From: an uncultured delta proteobacterium
GTDB taxonomy: Bacteria > Myxococcota > Myxococcia > Myxococcales > Myxococcaceae
DNA length: 64,000 nt
Direction of reading: 5' to 3'
NCBI GenBank assembly: GCA_963776345.1
Contig: CAVZMH010000002.1
Span: 32,001 to 96,000 of the forward strand
Shown: piece after piece, positions 10,020 through 19,336 of the stretch
Layout of the letters: each line of letters starts with the position of its first letter
Position numbering within the stretch: the first letter of the stretch is position 1
The notes under the pieces: model-generated
Told to the model about the DNA's origin: nothing
The model's database searches: none
The model's input: only the letters and a program-made list of their open reading frames with translations
Program-made: the position numbers and the translations under genes

Positions 10020-10676
10020 ATGCCCGTCTCGCTGGAAGCCCGCCATCTCCGGAAGACCTACGAGGGTCGCGTGCTGCTCGACGGCGTCGACCTCCGGCTC
10101 GGGGGCGGGAGCATCACCACCCTCAGCGGGCCGTCGGGCGGCGGGAAGACGACGCTGCTCAGGATCCTCGGCCTCCTCGCCGAGCCGGACGACGGACAGA
10201 TGCTGCTCGACGGCGCGGACGTCCGCACGCTCTCGCCCCGCGCCACCCGGCGGCGCGTCGCGCTCGTGGCCCAGGCGCCGGCCATGTTCCAGGGCACGGT
10301 GCTGGACAACGTGCGGACGGGCCCACGGCTCGCGGGGGAGGAACTCGCGGAAGCCACCGCGCGCGAGCTGATCGTCCGCGCCGGCCTCGAGCCGCAGTTC
10401 CTCACCCAGGACGCGCGGGCGCTCTCGGGTGGCGAGAAGCTTCGAGTCGCCGTCGCACGGGCGCTGGCCCTGCGTCCGGAGGTGTGGCTCCTCGACGAGC
10501 CCACCGCGGCGCTCGACGTCGAGCGGGCGGATCTCCTGGTGGGCCTGCTCCGCGAGCTCGCGACGGCGGGCGCGGCGATCCTGGTCGTCACCCACGACGC
10601 ACGCGCGCTCGAGCAACTCGGCGGAAGACACCTCCTGCTCGCCGCCGGGCGACTGGCGGAGGAGGCAGCGGCATGA
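10020..10676 (+). CDS. ABC transporter ATP-binding protein (FetA/YbbL-like)
   Basis: GPSGGGKT, LSGGE, LLDEPT and the H-loop VTHD; lies next to a UPF0014 permease. Confidence 0.9.
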   Translation: MPVSLEARHLRKTYEGRVLLDGVDLRLGGGSITTLSGPSGGGKTTLLRILGLLAEPDDGQMLLDGADVRTLSPRATRRRVALVAQAPAMFQGTVLDNVRTGPRLAGEELAEATARELIVRAGLEPQFLTQDARALSGGEKLRVAVARALALRPEVWLLDEPTAALDVERADLLVGLLRELATAGAAILVVTHDARALEQLGGRHLLLAAGRLAEEAAA

Positions 10677-10857
10677 GCGCTCTCTCCGTTTCGCCGCCGG
10701 CCGCCGGTGCGCTCCTGCCGGTCGCTCCTGCGCCCCGGCGCATGGACTCGCCGCGGACGTCGAGCCGCGAGCGACCGAGGCGGCTCGCTCCTGGAGCTCT
10801 CGACGCCGGCGCCTCGTGGTCGCGCCTCGCGCCTGCCGAGAAGGAGAAGGTGGCGCC

Positions 10858-11658
10858 TTGAGCTACGTCAGCGTCTCGCTCCCGCAGCTCGTGCTCTCGC
10901 TGGGCCTGATGGCGCTGGCGATCGCCGTCTCCTCGCAGAACCGGCTCGGGCTGGAGAAGGACCTCCTGGTCGGCACCGTCCGGGCCGCGGTGCAGCTGTT
11001 CGCGGTCGGGCTGCTCCTGAGCCTCATCTTCCAGAACGAGCACCCGGCCGGTGTCCTCGGCCTGATCGGGATCATGGTCGTGGTCGCCGGCTGGACCGCG
11101 GCGCGGCGCATCGCCCACGGGCCCGGCACGGGCGTGCTGTTCCGCCACGCCACCCTGGCGGTCCTCGCCGCCGGCATGGTGGTCCTGGTCCCGGTGTTCG
11201 CCTTCGTCATCCGGCCGGCGCGCTGGTACGAGGCGCGGCTCTTGATCCCCATCTCGGGGATGATCCTCAGCAACGCGATGAACGGCGTGGCGCTGGTCTT
11301 CGAGCGGGTGTTCGCCTCGGTCCACGACGACGCCGCGGGGGTGGAGCAGCTCCTCTCGCTCGGAGCGAGCCCGAAGCAGGCGGTGGAGCGGCACGTCCGG
11401 GCGGCGATGAACGCGGCGCTCCGGCCCACCATCAACGGCCTGCTCACGGTGGGGCTGGTGGCGCTCCCGGGGATGATGACCGGCCAGATCGTCAGCGGCA
11501 CCGCGCCGGACCAGGCGGTGCGGTACCAGCTGGTCATCATGTACCAGCTGGTCGCGGTGGCCGCGGTGGCGGGCGCCCTCGCCGCCCGCTTTGCCCGCGC
11601 GCTGTCGTTCACGGACAGGGAGCAGCTCCGCACGTTCGCCGATCGCCGGGTGGGGTAG
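10858..11658 (+). CDS. ABC transporter permease, UPF0014/FetB family
   Basis: RAAVQL, IPISGMILSNAM and VGLVALPGMMTGQI..YQ motifs. TTG start after AAGGAG. Confidence 0.9.
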   Translation: MSYVSVSLPQLVLSLGLMALAIAVSSQNRLGLEKDLLVGTVRAAVQLFAVGLLLSLIFQNEHPAGVLGLIGIMVVVAGWTAARRIAHGPGTGVLFRHATLAVLAAGMVVLVPVFAFVIRPARWYEARLLIPISGMILSNAMNGVALVFERVFASVHDDAAGVEQLLSLGASPKQAVERHVRAAMNAALRPTINGLLTVGLVALPGMMTGQIVSGTAPDQAVRYQLVIMYQLVAVAAVAGALAARFARALSFTDREQLRTFADRRVG

Positions 11659-11670
11659 TCTCCCGGCCCG

Positions 11671-12771
11671 GTGAGGGTGCCCGCGACAGTCCTGGTCTCG
11701 CTGGCGCTCGCCTGCGCCACGCCGACGGAGCGTCCGCCGCCAGCGAGTGGCGAGCCCCCGGCGGCCACCCCTGGCCCGGGAGCCATCGCGGCGGACGGCG
11801 GATCGGCCGTGATCGGCCCCGCGACCCCCGCCGGGTTCTCCGAGGTGGACGCGCTCCTCGCGGAGTCACTGCCCGCGTGGGGCGGCGGCGTCCTCCGCGT
11901 GGAGCAGGGCGACGCGGTCATCTTCGAGCGGGCCTACGGCGGCTACACCGTTGCCGACGCCGTGCCCATCGCCTCGGCGACGAAGGTCCTCAGCACCCTG
12001 GTCATCCTCTCGCTGGTGAAGGATGGGAGGCTCGCGCTCGAGACCCCGGTCCGCTCGCTGGTCCCCGACTGGCCGAAGGACAAGGCGGCCGTCACGCTGC
12101 GGATGCTGCTGGCCCAGACCTCGGGGCTGCCGGCCCGCTCGCCGTGCCTCGAGACGCGCTCGACGACGCTCCCCGCCTGCACCCAGGAGATCGCCAGGAC
12201 GCCGCTCCGGGCGCCGCCGGGCACGGCCTTCATCGACGGCGGGGCGGGGTTCCAGGTGGCCGGGCGGATGGCCGAGCTCGCCTCGGGCCAGCCGTGGGCG
12301 CTGCTCATCCAGACCCGGCTGATGGATCCGCTCGGGTTCCGGAGCACCGGGTTCGGCCGGACCGACAACCCGCGCATCGCCGGCGGCGCCCAGGCCAGCG
12401 CGGCCGAGTACGCCCGCGCGCTGCGCCAGCTCCTCCCGGGCCCGAGCCCCGACCTCCTCGGGCCCGCGCTCCGGGAAGCGGTGCTCGCCGACCAGACCGG
12501 AGGCCTGCCGCTGGCCCAGTCGGCGTACTCGCTCGCCCCGGGACGCGAGTCGCTGCGGGCCGGGCTCGGCGTCTACCGGGATCGCTCCGCGCCCGACGGA
12601 CGGGCGCTCGAGGTCGTGGCCCAGGGCGTGTTCGGCTTCACCGGCTGGGTGGACACCGAGCGGCGACTGGTCGGCGTCCTGGTGGTCCGGGGAAAGGTCT
12701 CCGAGGTGTGGCCGGTGGAGCAGCGCGTCCGGGAGCTCGTCCGAAAGGCGGTGCCGGTGGCTGCTCGATGA
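11671..12771 (+). CDS. Serine hydrolase (beta-lactamase class C-like) lipoprotein
   Basis: Lipobox ALAC, SxxK motif IASATK, LLAQTSG. Confidence 0.85.
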   Translation: MRVPATVLVSLALACATPTERPPPASGEPPAATPGPGAIAADGGSAVIGPATPAGFSEVDALLAESLPAWGGGVLRVEQGDAVIFERAYGGYTVADAVPIASATKVLSTLVILSLVKDGRLALETPVRSLVPDWPKDKAAVTLRMLLAQTSGLPARSPCLETRSTTLPACTQEIARTPLRAPPGTAFIDGGAGFQVAGRMAELASGQPWALLIQTRLMDPLGFRSTGFGRTDNPRIAGGAQASAAEYARALRQLLPGPSPDLLGPALREAVLADQTGGLPLAQSAYSLAPGRESLRAGLGVYRDRSAPDGRALEVVAQGVFGFTGWVDTERRLVGVLVVRGKVSEVWPVEQRVRELVRKAVPVAAR

Positions 12772-13733
12772 GGGCACCCCTCTGCCTTCTCCTCCTCGCG
12801 GTCTCCGCCTGCGCGGCCGCGCCCCCCACGTCGCCCGCCAGCGCCGGGGCGCTGCGGGTCGCGGTCACCGTCGACGACCTCCCGCGCCACGGGCCCGAGG
12901 CTCCGGGGCAGGATCGGCTGGCGCTGCACCGCGCGCTGCTCGAGGCGCTGGCTCGCCACCACGTTCCGCGGGTCTACGGGTTCGTCAATTCCGGCCGCGC
13001 GCATCCGGGGGATCGGGCCGCGCTCGAGGCGTGGGTGGCCGCCGGGAACCCGCTGGGGAACCACACCGCGCACCACCCGGACCTCGGAAGCGTCGGCATC
13101 GACGCCTACCTCGCCGACGTCGACGCCGGCGAGCCCCTGCTGGCCGAGCTCCTCGGCCCGGGACAGGACCGGGTCTGGAAGGTGTTCCGCTACCCGTACC
13201 TCCGGCAGGGGACGGACGTGCCCTCGCGGCTGGCGCTCCGGCGGGCGCTCGTCGAGCGCCACTACCGCATCGCCGAGGTGACCATCGACTTCGATGACTG
13301 GGCGTACAACGGGCCCTACGTCCGGTGCCTGGAGCGTGGAGACACGGCCAGCGTCGAGGCGCTCGAGTCGATGTTCCTCGACTCGGCCATCTCGCAGCTC
13401 CGCTGGGCGGACGACACCCTGCGCCGGCTCGTCGGCCGGCCCGTGCCCCACGTGCTGCTGCTGCACGCGGGCGCCTTCGACGCGCACATCCTGGACCGGC
13501 TCCTCGCCGCATACGAGACGGCGGGAGCGCGCTGGGTCCCGCTCGACGAGGTGTTCGAGGACCCCGTGTACCAGCGCGAGCCCGAGCCGCCGCGGTCCTG
13601 GCGTGCCGAGCTCCCCGTCCAGATGGTCCGGGCGCGGCAGATCCAGGGGTTCGCCTTCCCCTCCTCCCCGGAACCGCTCCTGGAGCGACTCTGCCGCCGG
13701 GACGGGGAACGCGCCGAGCGACCCGATCCATGA
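12768..13733 (+). CDS. Polysaccharide deacetylase (CE4/NodB) lipoprotein
   Basis: TVDDLP, GNHTAHH, FRYPY and LLLH motifs. ATGA overlap with the upstream gene. Confidence 0.9.
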   Translation: MRAPLCLLLLAVSACAAAPPTSPASAGALRVAVTVDDLPRHGPEAPGQDRLALHRALLEALARHHVPRVYGFVNSGRAHPGDRAALEAWVAAGNPLGNHTAHHPDLGSVGIDAYLADVDAGEPLLAELLGPGQDRVWKVFRYPYLRQGTDVPSRLALRRALVERHYRIAEVTIDFDDWAYNGPYVRCLERGDTASVEALESMFLDSAISQLRWADDTLRRLVGRPVPHVLLLHAGAFDAHILDRLLAAYETAGARWVPLDEVFEDPVYQREPEPPRSWRAELPVQMVRARQIQGFAFPSSPEPLLERLCRRDGERAERPDP

Positions 13734-13786
13734 CCCTGCGCCGACCCCGTCGTCGGCTCCCGGCGCCCCGGGGCGAGCGCCGCGCT

Positions 13787-14098
13787 TCAGAGGTCGGCGA
13801 GCCGCTCGTCGATCTCCTCGGCGAGCGACGGATGGTTCTGGGCCAGGGCCCGCTCCCGGGCGCCCTCCAGCACGCTCCGCGCCTCGTCCCGGCGGCCTGC
13901 GCCGGCGAGCGCGTCGCCCAGGGAGACCAGCGCCGCCGCGTAGTCCGGCTGGAGCGACACCGCCGTCTTCAGGCTCTCCACCGCCTCGGCGTACCGGCGC
14001 TCCTCGAGCAGGAGCTTGCCCAGGGAGAGGTGCACCATCGGCGAGCCCGGATGATCGGCAGCCAGCTTCCGGAACTGCGCCTCGCGTTCGCTGCCCAT
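13787..14098 (-). CDS. Small tetratricopeptide repeat protein
   Basis: Two TPR-like units ([18 protein letters not shown].., [14 protein letters not shown]..). Confidence 0.85.
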   Translation of the reverse strand: MGSEREAQFRKLAADHPGSPMVHLSLGKLLLEERRYAEAVESLKTAVSLQPDYAAALVSLGDALAGAGRRDEARSVLEGARERALAQNHPSLAEEIDERLADL

Positions 14099-14157
14099 CG
14101 CGATCGCCCTCGTACCACTCGCAGGGAGCAAGCGCTCTGTCTTATGGTGCGCCGCCG

Positions 14158-14616
14158 TTGAGCCCCGCCAAGAGCAAGTCCAAGCGCCCCCGCCCGGCCG
14201 CCGGCCGCGCCGGTCCCAGGAAGCGCCCTGCCCGCCGTCCGGCCGCGCCTGCCGCCCAGCCGCGGCGCGAGAACCCCGAGGCGCTGGCCCTCTCCCGGCG
14301 TGCGGCGCAGCTCCTGGTCGACCGCAAGGCGACCGACGTGGTGCTGCTCGACGTCCGGGGGATGAGCAGCTACGCGGACTACTTCGTCCTCGCCTCCGGC
14401 GACTCGGAGCGAGGGGTCGTCGCCACCGCCGAGCACGTGCGCGAGACGCTGAAGGCCGCCGGCCACCGGACCATCGGCACCGAGGGGTTCGACACCGGCC
14501 ACTGGGTGCTGCTCGACTTCGGCGAGGTGGTGGTCCACGTCTTCTTCACCGAGGTGCGCGCCTTCTACGACCTCGATGGCCTCTGGGCCGACGCACCCAA
14601 GGAGAAGGTGGTCTGA
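14158..14616 (+). CDS. rsfS: Ribosome silencing factor RsfS with a basic N-terminal extension
   Basis: [34 protein letters not shown] and [10 protein letters not shown] motifs. TTG start is uncertain. Confidence 0.92.
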   Translation: MSPAKSKSKRPRPAAGRAGPRKRPARRPAAPAAQPRRENPEALALSRRAAQLLVDRKATDVVLLDVRGMSSYADYFVLASGDSERGVVATAEHVRETLKAAGHRTIGTEGFDTGHWVLLDFGEVVVHVFFTEVRAFYDLDGLWADAPKEKVV

Positions 14617-15074
14617 AGCTGCGCGTCCTCTCCGTGGGGCGCGATCGGTCCGGTTGGTTCGAGCCCGGGGTCCAGGGCTACGCGGAGCGGCTCCGGCGGC
14701 ACCTCCAGCTCGAGCTGGTCGAGCTCCCCGCGGCGAAGGGCGCTCTCCCCCCTGCGGACGCACGCCGGCGCGAGGGCGAGGCGCTGCTCGCGAAGCTCGG
14801 TCCGGACAGCTGGCTGGTGGCGCTGGACGAGCGCGGCACGCTGCTCGACTCGGTGGAGCTCTCACGGCTGGTGGCCACCGCCCGGGACGCCGGCCGCGAG
14901 CTGGTCTTCTGCATCGGCGGCGACGAGGGCCTCGACCCTTCGGTGCGCGAGCGAGCGTGGAAGGTGGTCGCGCTGTCGCGGATGACGCTTCCCCACCGCC
15001 TGGCCCGACTGGTGCTGATGGAGCAGCTCTACCGCGCCTTCTCGCTGCTGCGTGGCGAGCCGTACCACAAGTAG
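14613..15074 (+). CDS. rlmH: 23S rRNA pseudouridine-1915 N3-methyltransferase RlmH
   Basis: [15 protein letters not shown] and [20 protein letters not shown] motifs. Follows rsfS. Probable CTG start overlapping the rsfS stop. Confidence 0.95.
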   Translation: MKLRVLSVGRDRSGWFEPGVQGYAERLRRHLQLELVELPAAKGALPPADARRREGEALLAKLGPDSWLVALDERGTLLDSVELSRLVATARDAGRELVFCIGGDEGLDPSVRERAWKVVALSRMTLPHRLARLVLMEQLYRAFSLLRGEPYHK

Positions 15075-15117
15075 GCGCTGGCGCCGTGGCGGTCCCGGCA
15101 TTATCCATGCGCCGCGC

Positions 15118-15342
15118 ATGATCACCATCACCTACTGCAACGTCTGAGGTTACCTGCCGAGGGCCACCCGTGCGGCGGCCGAGCTGAAGAAGGCGCTGGG
15201 CGTGGAGGCGGAGCTGGTTCCCGGAAGCGGCGGCATCTTCGAGGTCGCGGTGGACGGGAAGGTGGTGGCGAAGAAGGGCCTGGGCGGCTTCCCGGACGAG
15301 CAGGCGGTGGTCAAGGCCGTGGGCGCCGCGCTCAAGCGCTGA
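15118..15342 (+). CDS. SelW/SelT/SelH (Rdx family) selenoprotein with CxxU motif; not called in the ORF track
   Basis: Translates as MITITYCNV-U-GYLPRATRAAAELKKALGVEAELVPGSGGIFEVAVDGKVVAKKGLGGFPDEQ...; in-frame TGA at 15145-15147; Rdx signatures GxFEV and FP. Confidence 0.92.
15162..15180 (+). promoter_or_regulatory. Putative bacterial SECIS hairpin of the SelW-like gene
   Basis: GGCC-A-CC [CGTGC] GG-C-GGCC. The loop starts 21 nt after the UGA and has G at loop position 2. An alternative fold is possible. Confidence 0.6.
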
Positions 15343-16435
15343 CCGGGCCGGCGGCGGACATCCGCCGCGGGGCGCTGCGCCGATCGAGACGCCGGTAGAT
15401 CTTGTCCGTCACCCAGGCGAGCGCGGCGGTCGCGGCGATGACGAGTGCGGTGAGTCCGGCGAAGCCCGCCCAGCCGCACCGGCCGCCGGCGACGCCGGCG
15501 AGCGAGACGCCACGGACCTCGTAGTAGATGAGCATCTCGTGGAAGAAGTACGCCGCGAGCGACGAGGTGCCGAAGAGCTCGAGGAGCCACACCGACGGTG
15601 AGCGCCGCGCGCCAGCGGGAGCGCGGGCCTCGATCGCCAGCAGCGCCAGGAGCACTGCCATCACCATCATGCCCCGGGCGCCCGAGTTCGCGGGGTCGGT
15701 GACCCAGAACGCGTGCGGCGGGTAGAGGGCGAGCCAGACTGGCCTGAGGAACCATGCCGCGGCCGAGCCGAGGGCGATGCCCAGCGCGAGCCGGCGCACC
15801 TGTGCCGCGCTCCCCTTCGCCGCGGTCGCTCCCGCCGCCCCGCCGAGGAACGCCCAGCCCGCCCAGGGGAGGAGGGGAAACACCGACCGGTGCGGGCCGT
15901 CCTTGTTGAACAGGTCCTGCAGCGGTCCGGTCACCCCGTCGGCGAACGGGGCCGCCAGGAAGAGCGCCACGCCGACCAGCAGCGAGGCGATGGCGAGCGT
16001 GCGCGGGCGCGGGGCGAGCGCCACGTCCAGCGGCAGGGCGGCGAGCAGCGTGAGCCCGATGCACTGGAGGATGTCCACCCGGAGGAGCCAGGCCGGCTCG
16101 ACGGAGATCGGGAACCACACCCAGTTGATCAGCGTGCCGACCGCGAGCACCTCGCCGATGCGCCGGAGCGAACGGAGCACGCGCGGGCTGCGCGCTCCGC
16201 CGGCCGACGCGGCACGCACCTGGACCAGAGCCAGCGAGAACCCGGCGGCGAAGATGAAGGACGGCGCCACCAGCCCGTTCACCCAGTCGAGCGCCCCGGC
16301 CGTCCAGGTGGCGAGCAGCTCCTTGCGCAGCAGGACCATCGCGTGGGTCTCGACCATGACCAGCACCGCGAGGCCACGGAGCCAGTCGAAGGCCCGGACG
16401 CGTGCCAGGGCGGAGGGCTGGGGCGGGCTGGACAC
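15332..16435 (-). CDS. Membrane acyltransferase, DUF1624/HGSNAT-like
   Basis: FDWLRGLAVLVMVETH, APSFIFAAG, DILQCIG and FPLLPW motifs; multiple TM segments. Confidence 0.85.
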   Translation of the reverse strand: MSSPPQPSALARVRAFDWLRGLAVLVMVETHAMVLLRKELLATWTAGALDWVNGLVAPSFIFAAGFSLALVQVRAASAGGARSPRVLRSLRRIGEVLAVGTLINWVWFPISVEPAWLLRVDILQCIGLTLLAALPLDVALAPRPRTLAIASLLVGVALFLAAPFADGVTGPLQDLFNKDGPHRSVFPLLPWAGWAFLGGAAGATAAKGSAAQVRRLALGIALGSAAAWFLRPVWLALYPPHAFWVTDPANSGARGMMVMAVLLALLAIEARAPAGARRSPSVWLLELFGTSSLAAYFFHEMLIYYEVRGVSLAGVAGGRCGWAGFAGLTALVIAATAALAWVTDKIYRRLDRRSAPRRMSAAGPVSA

Positions 16436-16489
16436 GGGCCGGTTGTACCAGGGAGGGAGCACGCGGGACGTCGAATCCCCCCGCGACCT

Positions 16490-16522
16490 GGGGTGCCAGA
16501 CACCTCATGGCCTCGACACCTC
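16490..16522. repeat. REP-like palindrome copy (GGGGTGCCAGACACCTC) plus a GACACCTC half-site
   Basis: Same motif as 4984-5169; lies between divergent genes. Confidence 0.75.
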
Positions 16523-16578
16523 GCTCCCTCGACCTGTCCGTGGTCGACGCTGGCCGGGGCGCTGGCTAGATAGGGCCC

Positions 16579-18120
16579 ATGCGACCGAAACACCGGGTGC
16601 TCCTGGCCATCCTCGACGGATGGGGCGTGCGCGCGGCGCGCGAGGACAACGCGATCCTGCTCGCCGGCACCCCCAACCTCGACCGCTTCGCCGGGAAGAT
16701 GCCTCGCACCGAGCTGCTGAGCTCCGGGCTGGCGGTGGGTCTCCCCGAGGGCCAGATGGGGAACTCGGAGGTGGGGCACACCAACATCGGCGCCGGGCGG
16801 ATCGTCTACCAGGACCTGGTGCGCATCAACCGCGCGGTCGAGCGGGGAGAGCTGGGCCACAACCCGGCCCTGGTCGCGGCGATGGACACTGCACGCTCCG
16901 GGGGGACGGCGCTACATCTGATGGGGCTCATCGGCCCCGGCGGGGTGCACGCCTCGCAGGCGCATCTGCTGGGGCTCCTGCGCGCGGCGAAGACCCGGGG
17001 CGTGGCGCGCGTCTTCGTCCACGCCTTCCTCGACGGCCGGGACACGCCGCCGATGAGCGCGCTGGGCTACCTCGAGGAGCTGGAGCGGTTCCTCCGCGAG
17101 ACCGGCACCGGGCGCATCGCGACCGTCATCGGCCGCTTCTACGCCATGGACCGAGACAAGCGCTGGGACCGCGTGCAGCAGGCGTACGAGGCGCTGGTAC
17201 GCGGCGTCGGCCGGCGGGCGCCGGGCGCGCTGGAGGCGGTGCGCGCGTCCTACGCCGAGAAGGTGGGCGACGAGTTCGTCCCGCCGACGGTGCTGGTGGA
17301 CGGCGACGCCCCGGTGGCCACCGTCCGCGATGGCGACGCGGTCATCTTCTTCAACTTCCGCGCGGACCGGGCGCGGGAGCTGACCCGCGCGCTGGCCGTC
17401 CCCGGCTTTCACGAGTTCGACCGGGGCGGGCTGCAGCTCGGCCGGATGGTCTGCATGACCCAGTACGACGAGACCCTCAATCTGCCACTGGCGTTCCCGC
17501 CCGAGCAGCCGCGGGAGATCTTCCCCGAGGTGCTGGCCGAGCAGGGCCTGACGCAGTTCCGCACCGCCGAGACCGAGAAGTACGCGCACGTCACCTTCTT
17601 CTTCAACGGCGGCCGGGAGGTGGTGTTTCCCGGCGAGGAGCGGGTCCTCATCCCCAGCCCGCGCGAGGTGAAGACGTACGACCAGAAGCCGCAGATGTCC
17701 GCGCCGGAGGTGACGTCGCGGCTGGTCCAGGCGGTGGGCTCGGGGAAGTACGACTTCCTCCTGGTCAACTACGCCAACCCGGACATGGTCGGGCACACCG
17801 GCAACCTGGACGCGGCGATCGAGGCGGTCCGGGTTGTCGACACCTGCCTCGGCCAGGTCGCGGACGCGTGCGCCCGGGCCAACATCGTGCTGGTCATCAC
17901 CGCCGACCACGGGAACTGCGAGCAGATGCGCGACCCGGTGACGGGGCAGCCGCACACCGCGCACACCACGAACCCGGTGCCGTTCCATCTGGTGCATCCG
18001 GACTTCGCCGGGGCGAAGCTGCGGAGCGGGGGAATCCTCGCGGACGTGGCGCCCACGCTGCTGCAGATCATGGGGCTTCCGCAGCCGAAGGAGATGGACC
18101 GGAACAGCCTGCTCGTCTGA
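16579..18120 (+). CDS. gpmI: 2,3-bisphosphoglycerate-independent phosphoglycerate mutase
   Basis: ILDGWG, GQMGNSEVGH, AETEKYAHVTFFFNGG, NPDMVGHTG and ADHGN motifs. Confidence 0.98.
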   Translation: MRPKHRVLLAILDGWGVRAAREDNAILLAGTPNLDRFAGKMPRTELLSSGLAVGLPEGQMGNSEVGHTNIGAGRIVYQDLVRINRAVERGELGHNPALVAAMDTARSGGTALHLMGLIGPGGVHASQAHLLGLLRAAKTRGVARVFVHAFLDGRDTPPMSALGYLEELERFLRETGTGRIATVIGRFYAMDRDKRWDRVQQAYEALVRGVGRRAPGALEAVRASYAEKVGDEFVPPTVLVDGDAPVATVRDGDAVIFFNFRADRARELTRALAVPGFHEFDRGGLQLGRMVCMTQYDETLNLPLAFPPEQPREIFPEVLAEQGLTQFRTAETEKYAHVTFFFNGGREVVFPGEERVLIPSPREVKTYDQKPQMSAPEVTSRLVQAVGSGKYDFLLVNYANPDMVGHTGNLDAAIEAVRVVDTCLGQVADACARANIVLVITADHGNCEQMRDPVTGQPHTAHTTNPVPFHLVHPDFAGAKLRSGGILADVAPTLLQIMGLPQPKEMDRNSLLV

Positions 18121-18361
18121 GCGGGACATCGACGTGGGCGCCCCGACAGCGGCCGGAGGTGTCCCTGGGCATCCTGCTCGGCGGACCCTTCAGTCTCGGC
18201 GGACGGTGCCTCCGACCGCTCCTACCGGGGCGCACCGGGAACCTGGGCGCACGCCACCGTTCGTGACCCTTCCCCGCCCGAAGTCGGCCGGCAGGCCACC
18301 GGCCTGGAACGCAGGCATCGACCGCTGACTGTCATATCTATCCGGACTTACACTAGTTTTT

Positions 18362-18462
18362 GAGGTGTCAAACACCTCGTTACCGAGTTACCGGTTACCG
18401 ACCGTGACCAGCTGACCACGAGGTACCAAACACCTCGTGACCGACCTCGTGACCGGACCTCG
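18362..18462. repeat. REP-like palindrome cluster with short tandem motifs
   Basis: GAGGTGTCAAACACCTC at 18362-18378, GAGGTACCAAACACCTC at 18420-18436, GTTACCG x3 and CCTCGTGACC x2. An extra half-site lies at 18156. Confidence 0.8.
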
Positions 18463-18538
18463 GCGCCCTGGCCCGAGGTCTCGTCGGGCCCCGAGCATCC
18501 GCCGGAGCGGGGTCCGGGCCTTGCTGTGGCGGGACCGG

Positions 18539-19276
18539 ATGTCCCTCGTGGCCGAGCTGCTCGCGCTGGTCTTCCCTCCGGCCTGCGCCGCCTGTGGCGA
18601 GGTCCTGGAGCAGGAGGCGCCCCTCTGTCCGCTGTGCACGCTGGCGACCGAGCCCGTGCCGCTCCCGGGGTGCCCGCGGTGCGGGGAACCCGTCGAGCGT
18701 CCCGGCGCGTGCGTCCGCTGCCGCCGCGCGCCGCCGCGGTTCGTCTCGGCCCACGCGCCCTTCGTGCATACCGGTCCGCTCGCCCGCGCCATCCACCGGT
18801 TCAAGTACGAGGGGCACAGCGCGCTCGCGCTCCCCCTGGCGCGGGCGCTCGCCGCCGGGTCCGGGCCCTGGCTCGGTCTGCTGCAGCGCCTCGGCCCCCC
18901 GCCCACGCTCGTTCCCATCCCGCTCCATCGCGGTCGGCTGCTAGGTCGCGGGTACGACCAGGCGGCCCTCCTCACCCGCGCGCTGGCCCGCGCCACCGGC
19001 CTCCCGCTGTGCTCGACCCTGCTCCGGCGCATCCGCGCCACCCGGCGGCAAGTGGGGCTCACCGAGGCCGAGCGCACCGAGAACGTGCACGGCGCCTTCG
19101 CGGTCACCGGGCCGCTCCCCGGAGGGCCGGTGGTGCTGGTCGACGACGTCTTCACCACCGGCGCCACCGCCCGGGCCGCGACCGCCGTTCTCCGCGAGGC
19201 CGGAGCCCGAGGGGTGTACGTCCTCACCCTGGCCCGGGCGGTCGGGGAAGCGAACCCCGGGCGCTTCGGGTTATGA
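18539..19276 (+). CDS. comF: ComF family protein (double zinc ribbon plus phosphoribosyltransferase)
   Basis: Four CxxC pairs, FKY, RGYDQA and VVLVDDVFTTGAT motifs. Confidence 0.9.
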   Translation: MSLVAELLALVFPPACAACGEVLEQEAPLCPLCTLATEPVPLPGCPRCGEPVERPGACVRCRRAPPRFVSAHAPFVHTGPLARAIHRFKYEGHSALALPLARALAAGSGPWLGLLQRLGPPPTLVPIPLHRGRLLGRGYDQAALLTRALARATGLPLCSTLLRRIRATRRQVGLTEAERTENVHGAFAVTGPLPGGPVVLVDDVFTTGATARAATAVLREAGARGVYVLTLARAVGEANPGRFGL

Positions 19277-19336
19277 CGGGGGAACGCGGCCCCGGACCAG
19301 CGCACTGGCTCCCGCACCCGCATCAGACGAGCCACC

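Noticed and set aside
18134..18328. Short ORF as a RAYT/transposase remnant next to the palindromes
   Set aside because: No HUH or catalytic Tyr motif is recognisable; only a generic GRP tripeptide is present.
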